Part shown: positions 1 to 12,200 of the stretch, piece by piece
Numbering within the stretch: the first letter of the stretch is position 1
Layout of the letters: every line of letters starts with the position of its first letter
From: Gracilinanus agilis
Taxonomy: Eukaryota
Assembly: GCF_016433145.1 (NCBI RefSeq)
Contig: NC_058135.1
Coordinates: 271,151,307 to 271,215,306, forward strand
Direction: 5' to 3'
Length of the DNA: 64,000 bases
Notes under the pieces: generated by a model
Told to the model about the DNA's origin: nothing
Database searches by the model: none
Seen by the model: the letters and a program-made list of their open reading frames with translations, nothing else
Position numbers and translations under genes: made by a program

Positions 1-37
1 CTCCCGCCGGCCCCGCGCCGCCCGGGGCTAGGGCCGC

Positions 38-219
38 ATGGAGCCCCCAGACTGCGGTGGAGCTGGAGCGGGAGCCGAGGCCCGGAGCAGCGGCTCGGAC
101 TCGGCCTCGGCCTCGGCCTCGTCCAGCGGCTCGGAAGGGGCCCGCGGCCCCGAGCCCGACAAGGCACCGCGGCGCCTCAGCAAAAGGCGCTTCCCTGGGC
201 TGCGGCTCTTCGGCCACAG
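38..219 (+). CDS. DGKZ: DGKZ first coding exon (short, zeta1-type N-terminus) in a CpG-rich start region
   Basis: GCCGCATGG start context; MEPPDCGG...GLRLFGH-R; phase-2 donor AG|GTGAGC at 219/220 joins the acceptor at 24610 to give R-KAIAK. Confidence 0.93.
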
Positions 220-3200
220 GTGAGCGAGGGAGGGAGCGCCGGACCGGCCGCCGTCCCCATAGCAACCCCCCGGGGCTTCTCCCCGCCCGCCCCTATGGCA
301 ACCTTGTCCCCATGGCAACCACCGGCCGGGGTAACACTGCCCATCCTCTGCCACCCCATCCTGCCCCCTTGTCCCTGGCATTCTCTGCACGTTGTCACCT
401 CCTGTTCCCTTCCCCCTGGCATCTTCTGGTTGTCACCTCCTGAATCCATGTCCCCAGCATTCTCTGGTCATTGTCCCCTCCTGCTTCTGGGTCTATGGCA
501 TCTTCTAGTTGTCACCTGCCTCCATCCCCCTGGCATACCCTGGTCATTGTCACCTCCTGTCCCCATCCCTCTGGAATCCTCTTGGTTGTCACCTTCTGCC
601 CCTATCCTCTTGGTATCCCCTGTCACCTCCTGCCCCCATCCCCTGGCATCCTTTGGTTATTGTCATTTCCTGCCTCCATACCCCTGGCATTCTCTGGTCG
701 TTGTCCCCTTCTGCCTCCACATCTGTGGCATCCTCTGGTTGTTGCCACCTGCCTCCATCCTCAGGGCATCTTCTGGTCATTGTTACTTCTCCCTATATCC
801 CTGTCTTTCTCTGATTGTTGTCACCACCTGCCCCCATCCTCTTGGCATTGTTGTCATCTCCTGTCTCCATCCCTCTGGCATACTCTGGTCATTGTCACTT
901 CCTGCCTCCGTGCCCCTGGCATCTTCTGGTCATTATTAACTCCTGTCCCCATGTCCCTATCATCCTCTGATCATTGTCATCTCCTGCCCCCATCCCTCTG
1001 GCATCATCTTGTTGTTGTCACCTACTCTAATTCTGAAGATATCCTCTGGTCGTTTACACCTTCTGCCCCCATCCTTCTGGCATCCTCTATTCACTCTTAC
1101 CTTCTGCCCACATCTCCTTGGCACCCTCCTGCCCTGATCCTCTCCTGCCTGTATTTCTCTGGAATCATCTGGCCTTTGTCCCATCTTCAGGGCACCTTCT
1201 GGTCCTGGCCACCTCTCTCCCCCATCCTTCTGGCTTCCTCTGGTCATTGTCATCATTTCCCCTCATGCCCTCCCTTGCTAGCATCTCTTCTGGCTCCTGT
1301 CCTGCGGCACTTTTTGGATAGTCCACCTTTTTCTTTTCACCTCTGTCTCACTCCTCCCATCCATCTCTGGAGCTCCCTTTGGGCAGAATTCTCCTGTACC
1401 TTAAGCTGTCTAGCTGATGGCACTGTCTCACTTAAGCCTCCAGAGTTCAGTATTAGACTTTCTTTTGTCCAGATTCGTTGGTGTTTATTGCAGAATTTGG
1501 CTTGTTTTGGTTTTGGGGGGGAGACAAGGGAAAGGATGTAGTCCCCACTAGTCTTCCTGTCCAGGAATGAGGCAGAGATGCTTCAGCAGGTGATAACACC
1601 CCTAGGAGGCCAGCCTGAAGCTGCCTGTTTTCCTCTCATCCATTCTCTTGCCCCATCCCAGCCCTACAGGTAAAAAACATCCCCTGGCCTTAGCTCTCTC
1701 AATTGTGCAGTCTGATGTTCAAACTGAGAAGAGCACATGTCCACTCAGGGTCCTTCTGCTGTTTGCTCCATTTTGTCTCCTGAGCCTTGGTTGTCACACC
1801 AGTGCCTGGGCTGTGGGTGGACCTTGGATATGAGGATCAGGGCAGGCTGGGGATGGGGAGGAGCTTAAAAGGTGACAAGGTAGTGGCTTATATTGGCCTA
1901 GAGCCTCAAGGCCACCCAGGCATTGCTTGTTGCTTTAAGGTAGGAGAAGGGAGATACCAAGCCTCTCTGGCTCCCATAAGGACACTGCTGGCCCCTTGCC
2001 TTTCACTGGGGGCTATGAAGTCTAGAGCTCATATAGAGCCTGATCACTGGACTCTGTCCAAGGATAGCTTGGCTAAAGCCCTGCCTTAACTCCAATACGT
2101 AGGTTTCCTTATGAACTCTTGCTTTGACCCTTATTTGAGCAGACTTTACCCCCGGTAATCTATTGCCTTATGCCGAGAAAAGGCACCACACATCTGGGAT
2201 TGGCTGAGAGAGAGTCTACTTGGGCTGCTCACCACTTAACCTTGCATTGGCATATGCCAAAGCTGAAATTACTCCCCACAGCCCCCTTGCCCTGGTCTCA
2301 GGGACTCAAATGTGGACCACTGATGTACCATTGTTAATCCAAATCAGGGGCTTGTGTGGGGGGAGAGGTTTTAGTAGTGTGTGATTTCTAGGAAAAGGCA
2401 GAAGGAAAGACTGAGGGTCCTTTCTCCCTTTTACTAATCTATCACTCGTTATGGAGCTGAATCTGAAAGTGTGGCCACTCTCCCGGGTACCAAAGGTGCC
2501 ACCACACACAGGACTAGCATGAAGCTCTCCCTTGTATAGATGGACAAAGAAATAGGCACCCAGGGAGAAGGGCAGATACCCAGGAATGGGGAATGACAGG
2601 AGCCCTTTGGCGCAAAGGTAAACCAGAGCGAGGAACGGCTATGATGGGGAAGTACAGGGCAGAGAGAGCACTCTGCTCTGTGGTGGTGGTGTCTGTCATT
2701 CTGTGCCAGCGTGGCCAGACAGACTCCCTCTTCCTCACCAAGCTTTAGTTTTCCCAGTGTCCTCTGGCATCTCCCAGTTTTGCTTGCTGATTCAGTTTGG
2801 GAATATCCAGTTGGGTTGGGATAACTGAGACTAGACTGTCATCCTTAATGATCATCCTTATTGCTTCTGACTCCCTTCTATCCTAGATAACAGAAAATGG
2901 GGCAAACAGCTCTCGGACCACAGTCCATCAGCCTCTTAGTTCTCTTGCTTTAGCTAACTCTGGCAGCACCGACTCTGACTCTCAAATTTTAGGATCAACT
3001 ATAAGTAGAGGATAGCATAAGGCAAGTGAGGAAGAGGGTGGGAATGAGTGAGTTGAGAGAGTTGTCATAGGCTCAGAGCATTTAGAGGTGAAAGAATAGA
3101 AATAGCTGACGTGCAGTGCCTGGAGGCTTTAAAGGACTTACATACATTCTCATTTGAGCCTCATAATATGACATTAGTGATATCCTTAGTTTACAGATGA

Positions 3201-6200
3201 AGGAACCTAGGCTAGGAGAAATTAAGTCATTTCCTCAGTTGTCAGGAAGCCTCAGAGACAGCTTTTGCACTGGGTCTCTCCCAATTCCAAGCTCAACCCT
3301 CTTTCTGCTGAAACCAAACTTCCTCACACTAACAGATGATCAAAGTCCCCAAACTGAGGCCAGAGAGGTAGGCAGTGGCTTGCCCAAGGTCACAGATAAA
3401 ACGTTGCAGAGTCCAACTTCAAATCCAGGCCCCTGGAGTCCAAGTCAGACACATTTACCATGCTGCCAGGCTGAGGGCCAACCAGACTCTTGGGTATTCT
3501 GAGTTGTTACCCCCTCTTTCCCCTTGCAGACCACTTCTGTACCCCCAGCTGACATCATGATCTTGATGGGAGTGGTGTCCCCAGTCTCCACCTGGCCCTC
3601 AGTCTGTCCCCTTCCCCATCCCACACTTCCAGCTGGTAACTAATTACTTACTAGGGGAGGAGCTTGGGCCCTTGGCCTTGTCTTCCTGAAGGCTGCTTCC
3701 CTGAACCTACACTTGTTGCTCTTAGTGTTTACTTAGGCAGGTATGGTCTAGAGTCTAGACCCTCACTGCCTGCCAGTGCCTCAGCATGTGGGTCTTCTGA
3801 CCTAGGTTGGCAGGCATGTTTTTTCCATTCTTTGGCCTTGTCTCTGAAGCCTCTGAAGGTCAGGCTGCCTGTGGATTAGCTGGTTTTAGGCCCTGGGGCA
3901 TCACGAATTGCCAACACCTTACACAAAGCCTAGACTAGGAGACACTAATTGATACCCTGGGAGCCCAGCTGTCTTTTATAGTCCCTTCCTCAGCTCTCAG
4001 TTATGTCCCCAAATATGAAGCTCCAGGGAGGAGTGGGGGGGAGGAGTGGCGGCAAGGACTGCACCTTTTAGCTTCTTTCATACTGTTCTCATCCCCTTAG
4101 TGCTGAAGGTGGTTGGCCAAGAGAATGATCTTGGATCTCAGAAGTAGTGACTCAGTCAGCCACCAGAAGGCAGCCGTGGTGTAATAGGAAGTGTACTGCC
4201 TGGACTTCGTGTCTCAAGCTCTGGGTCAGAGGTCTGGTTCTGTTCCCTTTCTAGCTGTGACTTTGAGTAAGTTACTTTATCTCTGTGGCCCTGGTTTCCT
4301 TATTTGACAAGGCATTGGACTCTCCATTAACTGGGCCTACTTTGGGCTGGGTATAGTGCTGGTACTGAGATATTTGGGGATCCCAGGTGGGGTGGCTTCC
4401 CAAAAGGAGGCAGTTGTGCTAGTGGGTGGCAGTGAGGGAGGCAGAGAGCTGTACTCTAGCTACCTGAGTGACCTGCTCTCTGCAAAGGGTGTTTCAGAAG
4501 CTGGAGGAGAGAAACCTTCTATTTATTATTATCTCAGATGAGATAATGCTTATAAAGTTCTTAGCACAGAGCTCCTGGCCCATCCTAGGTACTATATATA
4601 AATACTTGTTCCCTTTGCCTCTGCCTTTCCTTTTTATTGAGGGCCCCAGGTTGCCAGGCTGTGAGGCTACAATGTAGAACAATCCTGATTTGGGAGTCAG
4701 AGAAGCTGGGGTTTAAAGCCTGACTCTCTCCTTATCCACCTGTTTGATCATGGGCCTTACCCACCCTGGAAGGCTTGGGCCAGGTGAACTCTAGTATCCT
4801 GCTTTTGAGCTTCTGACCCTGTAAATGAGCCCTTAGATCCTCATTAGGCTGAACTCACAAGGAAAAGAAGCCAGGAGAGGAGAGAAAGACATCTGTAGCA
4901 GCTGTCTTAGAAGGCTTTTGGCCTGGCCAGGCTGCTGTCCTGTGGTCCTAGGAACTCTGGGATGGTTAGAAGGGCAATGGAGGGGTCATCCTAGCAGCAT
5001 ACCTGACTCTAGATGTCTCCTGTCATCTTACAATAGCACATTTTGGATGTAGAAAGAACCTGAGAAGCTAACTTAGAGGCTCATTTTTTCAATGAGAAAA
5101 CAGGCCTAGAGCAAGAAAGGGTCACTGAATCGGGCCTGGAATCCAGGTCTCTTGTCCCAGGGCCCTTGATTTGGGGGCCATGTTTATTATTCAAATCCTA
5201 TATTTATTAGCTTGGTGACTCTTGGCAAGTATCTTCAGCTTAGACCCAGAGTTTCTTCATCTGGAAGCCTAGATGATAAAATGCGTGCTACCTGCCTTAC
5301 CAGGCTCCCCTCACCAGGAAAAAGCACACAAATGTGAGTCCTGGTTATTGCAATTTTCATCATGATTGTACCCTGCTGGCCCTTCCTTCAGCCTTTACAT
5401 GGAGGAGGGAATTTGACATGATATAGTGACTAGAAAGGGCTTCATAGACCTTAGAGTCCTCCAGAGGTTGTTCTGGGCCCTTGGTCCTTGCATCAGGGAA
5501 TGCTAGCTGAACCCCAAGCCGTTAGCTCTTATAGGTGGCCTTGGGGACACCTGAGGGAAGTTTCTTATCCCCCACCCAGTGAGGAGTGAGCTTAAGGGCT
5601 GTCAAGCCTTGCAGGAGGGAGGGAAGAAGTCACCAGGACATTGAATTAGTAGCAATTTTTTAAGATGACGGAGCTAGAGAACATTTCTGAGATCAACGCA
5701 TGAGACAGCCAGATCAGCAGCCAACTCCTTTTGACCCCCAGGTCCCTCCATTCAGAGGACTTTGGAATTGTCACTGCCCCATCGGTCAGTGGTGAAACAG
5801 TGATGAAACAGATGTGCAGACAGCCACCTCTCCTGAGGCTCCCCAAGGCCCTGAGGAAGAGTGAGAGGAGGCATGTGAGGTGCAACAGCACAATAGCTAG
5901 TATTTATGTAGTGCCAAGTGCTTTCTAAATGTCATGTGGTCTCACAACAGCCCTGCAAGGTAGGTGCTTTGGGCATCCTCATTGTACAGAGAAGAAAACT
6001 GAGGCCCAGAGGTTAGGTGACTTGCTCAGGGCCTCACAGCTCTTAAAGTGTCTGAGGCTGGATTTGAATTCAGGTCTTCCTCAGTGCAGTCCCAGTGTTC
6101 CCTTTGTGTATACTTTAGGGACTTTTATCTGGCGCTTGGCAGAGCTGATCTTTCCCTTGAGCCTAGAATGCTCTCTGGGAGGTGCAAGCACAGAGGTGAG

Positions 6201-9200
6201 TATGCCAGCATTTGGTCCTGCTTAGCTCATCATCAGACTGGATACAGGGAAATCACAGAGAGTTGCAATCTGTCAGTGCAGAGAGTGCCCACAGTGTGGA
6301 GATCAGGAGTCACTTAGGCACAGAGATGGGCTGGCTGATCCCTTGATGGTCCACCTCGCTCAGCAGAACATTCAGACACACCTGCTCCGCTGTCTCCCCG
6401 GGGCCCCAGCCTCATCCCAGAGGAGGAGCCACGGCAGTGACCAAAGGAAATTTCTAGGGAAGCAACAGCCGGAGCTCTGGGGTAGGCCGCCTGCCTTGCT
6501 CCATGCCAGGAAGGCACAAGGGGGCGGCATTGGCCCCATAAGATCCTGAGATGCATCATCCCGGCTCCCTCTCCTCTTCTTCCTCCTCCAGCTGGTTCCT
6601 GGGGCTGATGAGTTCAGGAAATGGTCAGTAGTGTTTCTTCTTATACAGAGGGCTGTGGGTCAGAACTGCTGTTAGGCTAACTCATTTAAAGTGAAGCTAA
6701 GACTTGCCTCAGCCTCTTTTCTGACCCGCAGGTCAGAATCCATCCACCTCGGAGAATTAGAGACATTTAGAATCAGTTAGGGATTCAGAAGGGCAGAGGG
6801 GTGTGTACTGCCTTTTTAAATGTACTGCTTTGAAAAGATCAGTTTCCCAAATAATCCTCTTGTTTGTTGTTAGCATATTGATTGAAGTGTATTAGTAAGC
6901 CCTTACTGTATGCCAGCACTATTTGAAGCACCAAAGATGCAAGAGAGGCCCTGGCCTCAAAGAGCTTGGATTCTATTAGAGGAAGTAAGGCTAGAATTTA
7001 TAGACCAAATAAGTGCCTTGTGATGGGTTAGGGGCCCTTGATCTGACCCTTAAAGCTCTGGAAGGGACTTTAAACACTGAGTGGCTAGAGAGTGCTGGGG
7101 AGAGAGAAGCCAACTCCTCATTCAAATGAGGAGGAAAAGGAGGCCTAGAGAGATTAGGAGCTTGCCCAAGGTCACACAGGAAATAGCAACGCTGGGACTA
7201 GAGCTCTCATTTCCTGGTTTCCCTGCGCCTGTTTCTTTCTATTACATCAGGCTGCCTTTCTTTTTCCCACCAAGCTTCCCAAAGAGCATTAGCCTAGTCT
7301 GGCACCTTTTAACCTCTGCTCTTCTCCCCCTTCTTCTCCCTGTCCTCTCTCTCTCTCCCCCCTCTTCCCTCTCTCCTCTCCTCCTTCCTCTCCTCTATCT
7401 CCCCCTTCCTCTCTTCTCTCTCCTCTCCCTCCCTGTCTTCTCACCCTCTGTCTCCTTTCTCTTCCCCCACACTTCCTTTCTTATGCCATCATATCTCTTG
7501 CTTAGATCTGTGGGAGTCTGGCAGAAGTAGAGGGTGCAGGGGAGGGGGGTGGGTACAAGAGGAAGCCTGCCCCATGTTCCAAGCTTTTACGTAAAGGTAA
7601 ATGAGTGGGGGAATGAAAATTGTGCCCAGAACTGTGACTGACGATGAATATGTAATTGTCATCTGTCTGTGCACCCTTTTGATTTGCAAAGGTCAGATCT
7701 TGTCTCCACGTGCCAGGAAGTCTAAGTGTTCTAGGACCTGCTCTGTGACCTCTTCCTTCTCCAGCTTAACTTGGCAGAGTGAGTGTCAACTCTATAAAAG
7801 GGGGATTCGAACGGTTCTTCAGGAGGTTGGTCCCTGTGGTGGTGGATGTTCATAGATTTTGCCCGGAACAACCCACCATTGCAATATTGAGCTCTTATCC
7901 CTTTTCTCTCATCTCATTTGGGCAGTGGTCTCAGATGAGAGGTTCTCTCTCTCCCTGTACTTCCTTATCAGTGAGGTGCCTCTAGGGGTGAACATAGTAG
8001 ACAAGGAAGTCTATAAGCCTACCCGATTCCCCCCACTGGTAAAGAAGCCTCTGAGGTTTAGGAGGCCAGCAGAGAGGTTCTGGGCACATGTGTCTGTCTG
8101 GAGTGGGAAAGGGGTTCATTGGTTCTTCCCCTCCAACCCCAAACACGAATACAAAATCCTCTAGGTGATACTTGTCTGTTGCTGGGGGAAAAGACTCTTA
8201 GACTTATTGCATAGGAATGATGGGGAGAAAGCTCAAGGAGGCAGATATGGGCCATTTGAGCTGCTCATAACTGGAATGGGCTGTCTTGGGAAGTGGTAGA
8301 AACCTCTAGAAGGAAGGCTCCATGACCATTTGTTTAGAGCAGTGGTTCCCAAACTTTTTTGGCCTCCTGCCCCCTTTCCAGAAAAACTATTACTTGGCCC
8401 CCTGGAAATTCATTGTTTTTAAATTTTAATAGCAATTAATAGGAAAGATAAATGCCCCTGTGGCCATCACCACCTCCCTGGATTGCTGCAGCACCTACCA
8501 GGGGGTGGTAGCGCCCACTTTGGGAATCACTGGTTTAGTGGCTTCTGTAGTTAGAGCTTTTTTCTAAGATAATTTGACAAGATGGCTTCTGAGTCACATC
8601 TACCTCGAATCCAAAGATACTGTGATCCTTGGTTGCCATTTTTTACCTATGTGTCATCACATCTGTGTATTTAAGCAGGAGCTGCTAAGTCAACACCCCC
8701 ATAGGTCTTGGTTTCTTCATTTGTAAAATAGAAGAGCTGGACCAGATGATTGATCCCTTCTATTTCTAATATTCTGTGACCATATCCAAAGACCATAAGT
8801 GACCAGGGGGAGGCCTATTAACATTCTACCTAGACAGAAAAGAACAGTAATCTCCAGGACAAGAGATGGTCTCCGTGTTCTGCCATTCCTCTTATGTATG
8901 GGACATCCCATTTCCCATCTCCATACCTTTGCACAGGCTGCCTCCTTTCCAGGAATGCACTCCCTCCTCACCCCTGCCTCTTAGAACCCCCTCACTTCAA
9001 GTCCTCTTGGTTGTTAGTGCCCTTCCCTCCAAAAAATTACTCTGTATTTACTTGCTATTTGTTTACTCTTGTGTGGGTTGTTTCCTTCAGTAGAATAGAC
9101 ATTCCCAGAAGGCAGGGATTCATGTCTTTGTAGCTCCAGTGCCTAGCTTAGAACTCTGGCACAATTGGCACTTGATAAGATGCTAATGGAAGGAGGCTCA

Positions 9201-12200
9201 AAGCAAGTAGTCTCCTAGATGGAGCAGGAGGAATGCTGTAGGACCTTTAATCATTTTCTGATGATCTGGGAGCAAAGGGCCAAAAGGTTCTATTCATTAA
9301 GGCCCAGAGTAGAGGCTCCAGGGGGAGACCATGAAATAGAACACCACACTGGTACTGTAACCTTTTACTTAAGGAGCAAGTAATGCCTCTGATACTTACT
9401 AACTGTATGTCCCTGGGCAAGTCACTTAACCTTATTTGTCTCTATTTCCTCGTCTGTAAAATGAGATGCAGAAGGAAATGGCAAACTACTTTAGTATCTT
9501 TGCCAAGAAAACCCCAAATGGGGTCCCAAAGAGTCAGAACTAAAAAAGGACCACAAAACAAGGAGCAAATAGCATTAACTATGTGAATGACCTTGATAAG
9601 TCATTTGCCTTCCCCTAACCTCAGTCTCTGCTTCTACAAAATGGAGAGGGACTAGCTAATCTCCAGGGTCCCTTCCAACTCTGATATTTTATGACCCTTT
9701 AAAAGGAGGGTGGCCAGGGCTTCAGTCTTCAGCCAGGTAGAGTTCCAAGTCAGGTTCTCCCCAAACACAGATGACTTATCACAACAGAGTTAAAAATAGC
9801 TTCCTCAGAGCCTTGGGCTCCTGCCACCCAGATGCCAGTACCTCCTGGGTTAACATAACAGTCGGGTTTCACTCCCTTTCCTCCCTCCCCACCCCCCCAC
9901 CTCGGGCTTCACTGGATGACATTTTGCAGATGAGGGGGTGGTTGTGAAAGGGGCCCAGCTGGTTTCTGCTCCTGGGGCCCAGCCAGGTGCCTCCCTGCTG
10001 CTACCTCCTCCCAATACCCCTTTGTAAGGAGTTCCCCAAGAGGAACAGTTTTCTTTCCTCAGGGTTTTTGGGTGCCAGAGCAGCTTGAAGCCTGTACATA
10101 TGGGGACTTTGCCCATTCCCCACACATGTAACCTCTCTCTCTGGAGTTCTCCCCTTCGTTTTAGGGCAGCTCCAGGGAGGTTGGTGAAAGAGACAATGAA
10201 TGGGCAATATTGGAGCCGGAGATCTGGGTTTGAGTTCCACTACCCTGAAACTTGTGGGATATAATTCTAGGGGAGATGCTTCACTTTTCTGAGGTTTTTC
10301 CATCTGTAAATGTGGAATGCTGATAATGCCACAGCCTACCCTGCTGATGAGCAAAGTGCTTTGTAAACTGAAGGGCTGTGGAGGTGGGGGCCTCTCTGCT
10401 TACTTGTTGCAAGGGGGGCACCCCCTCATTTCTAATCTGCCAAGATCTAGAAGCCATCTCTTCAGCTCATGCTCTTCAGCACAGCAGGATTCTGGAGACT
10501 GAGTTGGCTAAAAGGAGGAGGAAGACACCGGGCCTGCATGCCCTTGAATGATTTCAGTTGGCTTGGGAGAGATGAGGCTTTAACCATAACGAACAGCAGG
10601 AGCAGCCCGAACCTTTTGTGGGCCAAAGTTTAGCTCTAGGCTGCAAACACTGGGCCTTTGGAGGATGGGAGAAGCATTGTGAGCTTCAGGTGATGCTCAG
10701 GGAAGGGTCTTTATGGAGGCAGAAGGAGAGGGGAGTGGGACAGAAGCCAGGAGGGTCTAAATCAGGGATCAATCACTATATCCTGCTCCTTCATTTCTTA
10801 TATAGGGACACTGAGGCCCAGAAGAGGAAAGTGACTTACCCAAGGTCACCAGTAAAGCGAATGGCCCAGCTGGGGTTAACTGAAGGCCTTTTCCTTCACA
10901 GACACTGCTTTTTCCTAATTCTGCTCTTTCTCTTAAGGATTGTTGCCCCTGTTTTATAGAGAAGGAAATGGAGACTCGGTGTAATAATTTTTGTTTATGA
11001 TCCCCTAGAGCTTGGATCCAAACCTAGATGTTCTGACCACATGTCAGCATTTCCACTATAGCATGAGCAAAAGTACAGAAAGGGAGGAGGTGAATTCTGA
11101 ATGAGGCATTGGAGGGAATGAGGTGACTTCTGGCAGATGGGGAGCGGGAGCCTTATAGACATCAGAGAAGGCTGGGGAGGTGGAGAAGAGGGAGGGTACA
11201 GACACAAGAGTAATGGGGAGGGGCAACAGGTCGGTTTGCAGTGAAGGGAATAAGCTGGGAAAAGATGGAGGAGATCGGGATATCATTGCCCTTCATTAAT
11301 TAGTAACTCTGTGCCATTGTGGCTGAAACAGTGAACTAGGGACCAACAAGGCTTTCCATATTATGCTGACCAAAAGGAAGTAGAATGAGCTTGCAATGTG
11401 TCTGAGGCAGCTCATTTCCAGCTTAATTCTTCACTGACAGACTGGGCTTGGAGGTATCACCTCTGGGTGGCTGAGAAGAATCCAAAATGGCCTTACAGTG
11501 GCAACAGATTGGATGTGGAGGGTGAAGGGTCAAGGATAAGGCCTAATCTGGGGGACTTGGACAGTTGGTTGCCCCTGACAGCATTAGGGAAGTTTGGAGG
11601 GAGAAATATTTAGGGGGGGAAAGAAAATGAATTCAATTCTGAATGTGTTAGATGTAAGATATCTACAAGACCTTTACTTTGAGATGTCTGCTAGGCAGCT
11701 AGAGATGTGAAATTGGGGATCAGTAGAGGAGTTAGGGCTGGGTGAATAGATTTAAGAATCCTCAGCATAGAGATGATAATTGAATCTGTGGGAGCTCATG
11801 AGATCACCAAGTGAAATACATGGAGAGAGAAGAGAAGAGGGCCCAGGTCAGAGCCCCGTGGGACACCCAGGCATGACCTGGATGAAGTGTCAGCAAAGAT
11901 TGAGAAGGAGCAGTCAGAGGGGAGGAGATCTAGGAGACAGTGGGATCACAAATAACCTAGAAAGAGAGCATCAGGGAAAAGTTAGTGATCAACAGGGGCA
12001 AAGGCTAGAGAGAAGTCAAGAAAAAAGCCAGAAACCAGACAGGAGAGTTAAAAGCCTCTGCCCTCAAGGAGACTGCATTCTATTAAAGGCTTAAAACACA
12101 TTCCCAGGAATATAGGATATGTTCTCCCCACCCTGTTTCCCAACAGTGAATGGGATAGAGGCACCAACAGCAGGAGAAATCGAGAAAGACTGCTTAAAAT

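Noticed and set aside
340-1275. CRISPR-like periodicity of this array and of 42900-44150
   Set aside because: Units are degenerate tandem copies without unique spacers; mammalian context and no cas genes.
220-1541. Long ORFs 220..939 (239 aa) and 471..1541 (356 aa)
   Set aside because: They are translations of the pyrimidine-rich 41-bp minisatellite, which lacks stop codons; repetitive Leu/Pro/Ser/His content, intronic position, no domain.
6343-6549. Short ORF in a CpG-enriched patch as another DGKZ first exon
   Set aside because: Its only plausible donor (G|GTAGGC at 6481/6482) is phase 1, incompatible with the phase-2 acceptor at 24610; no recognisable homology.
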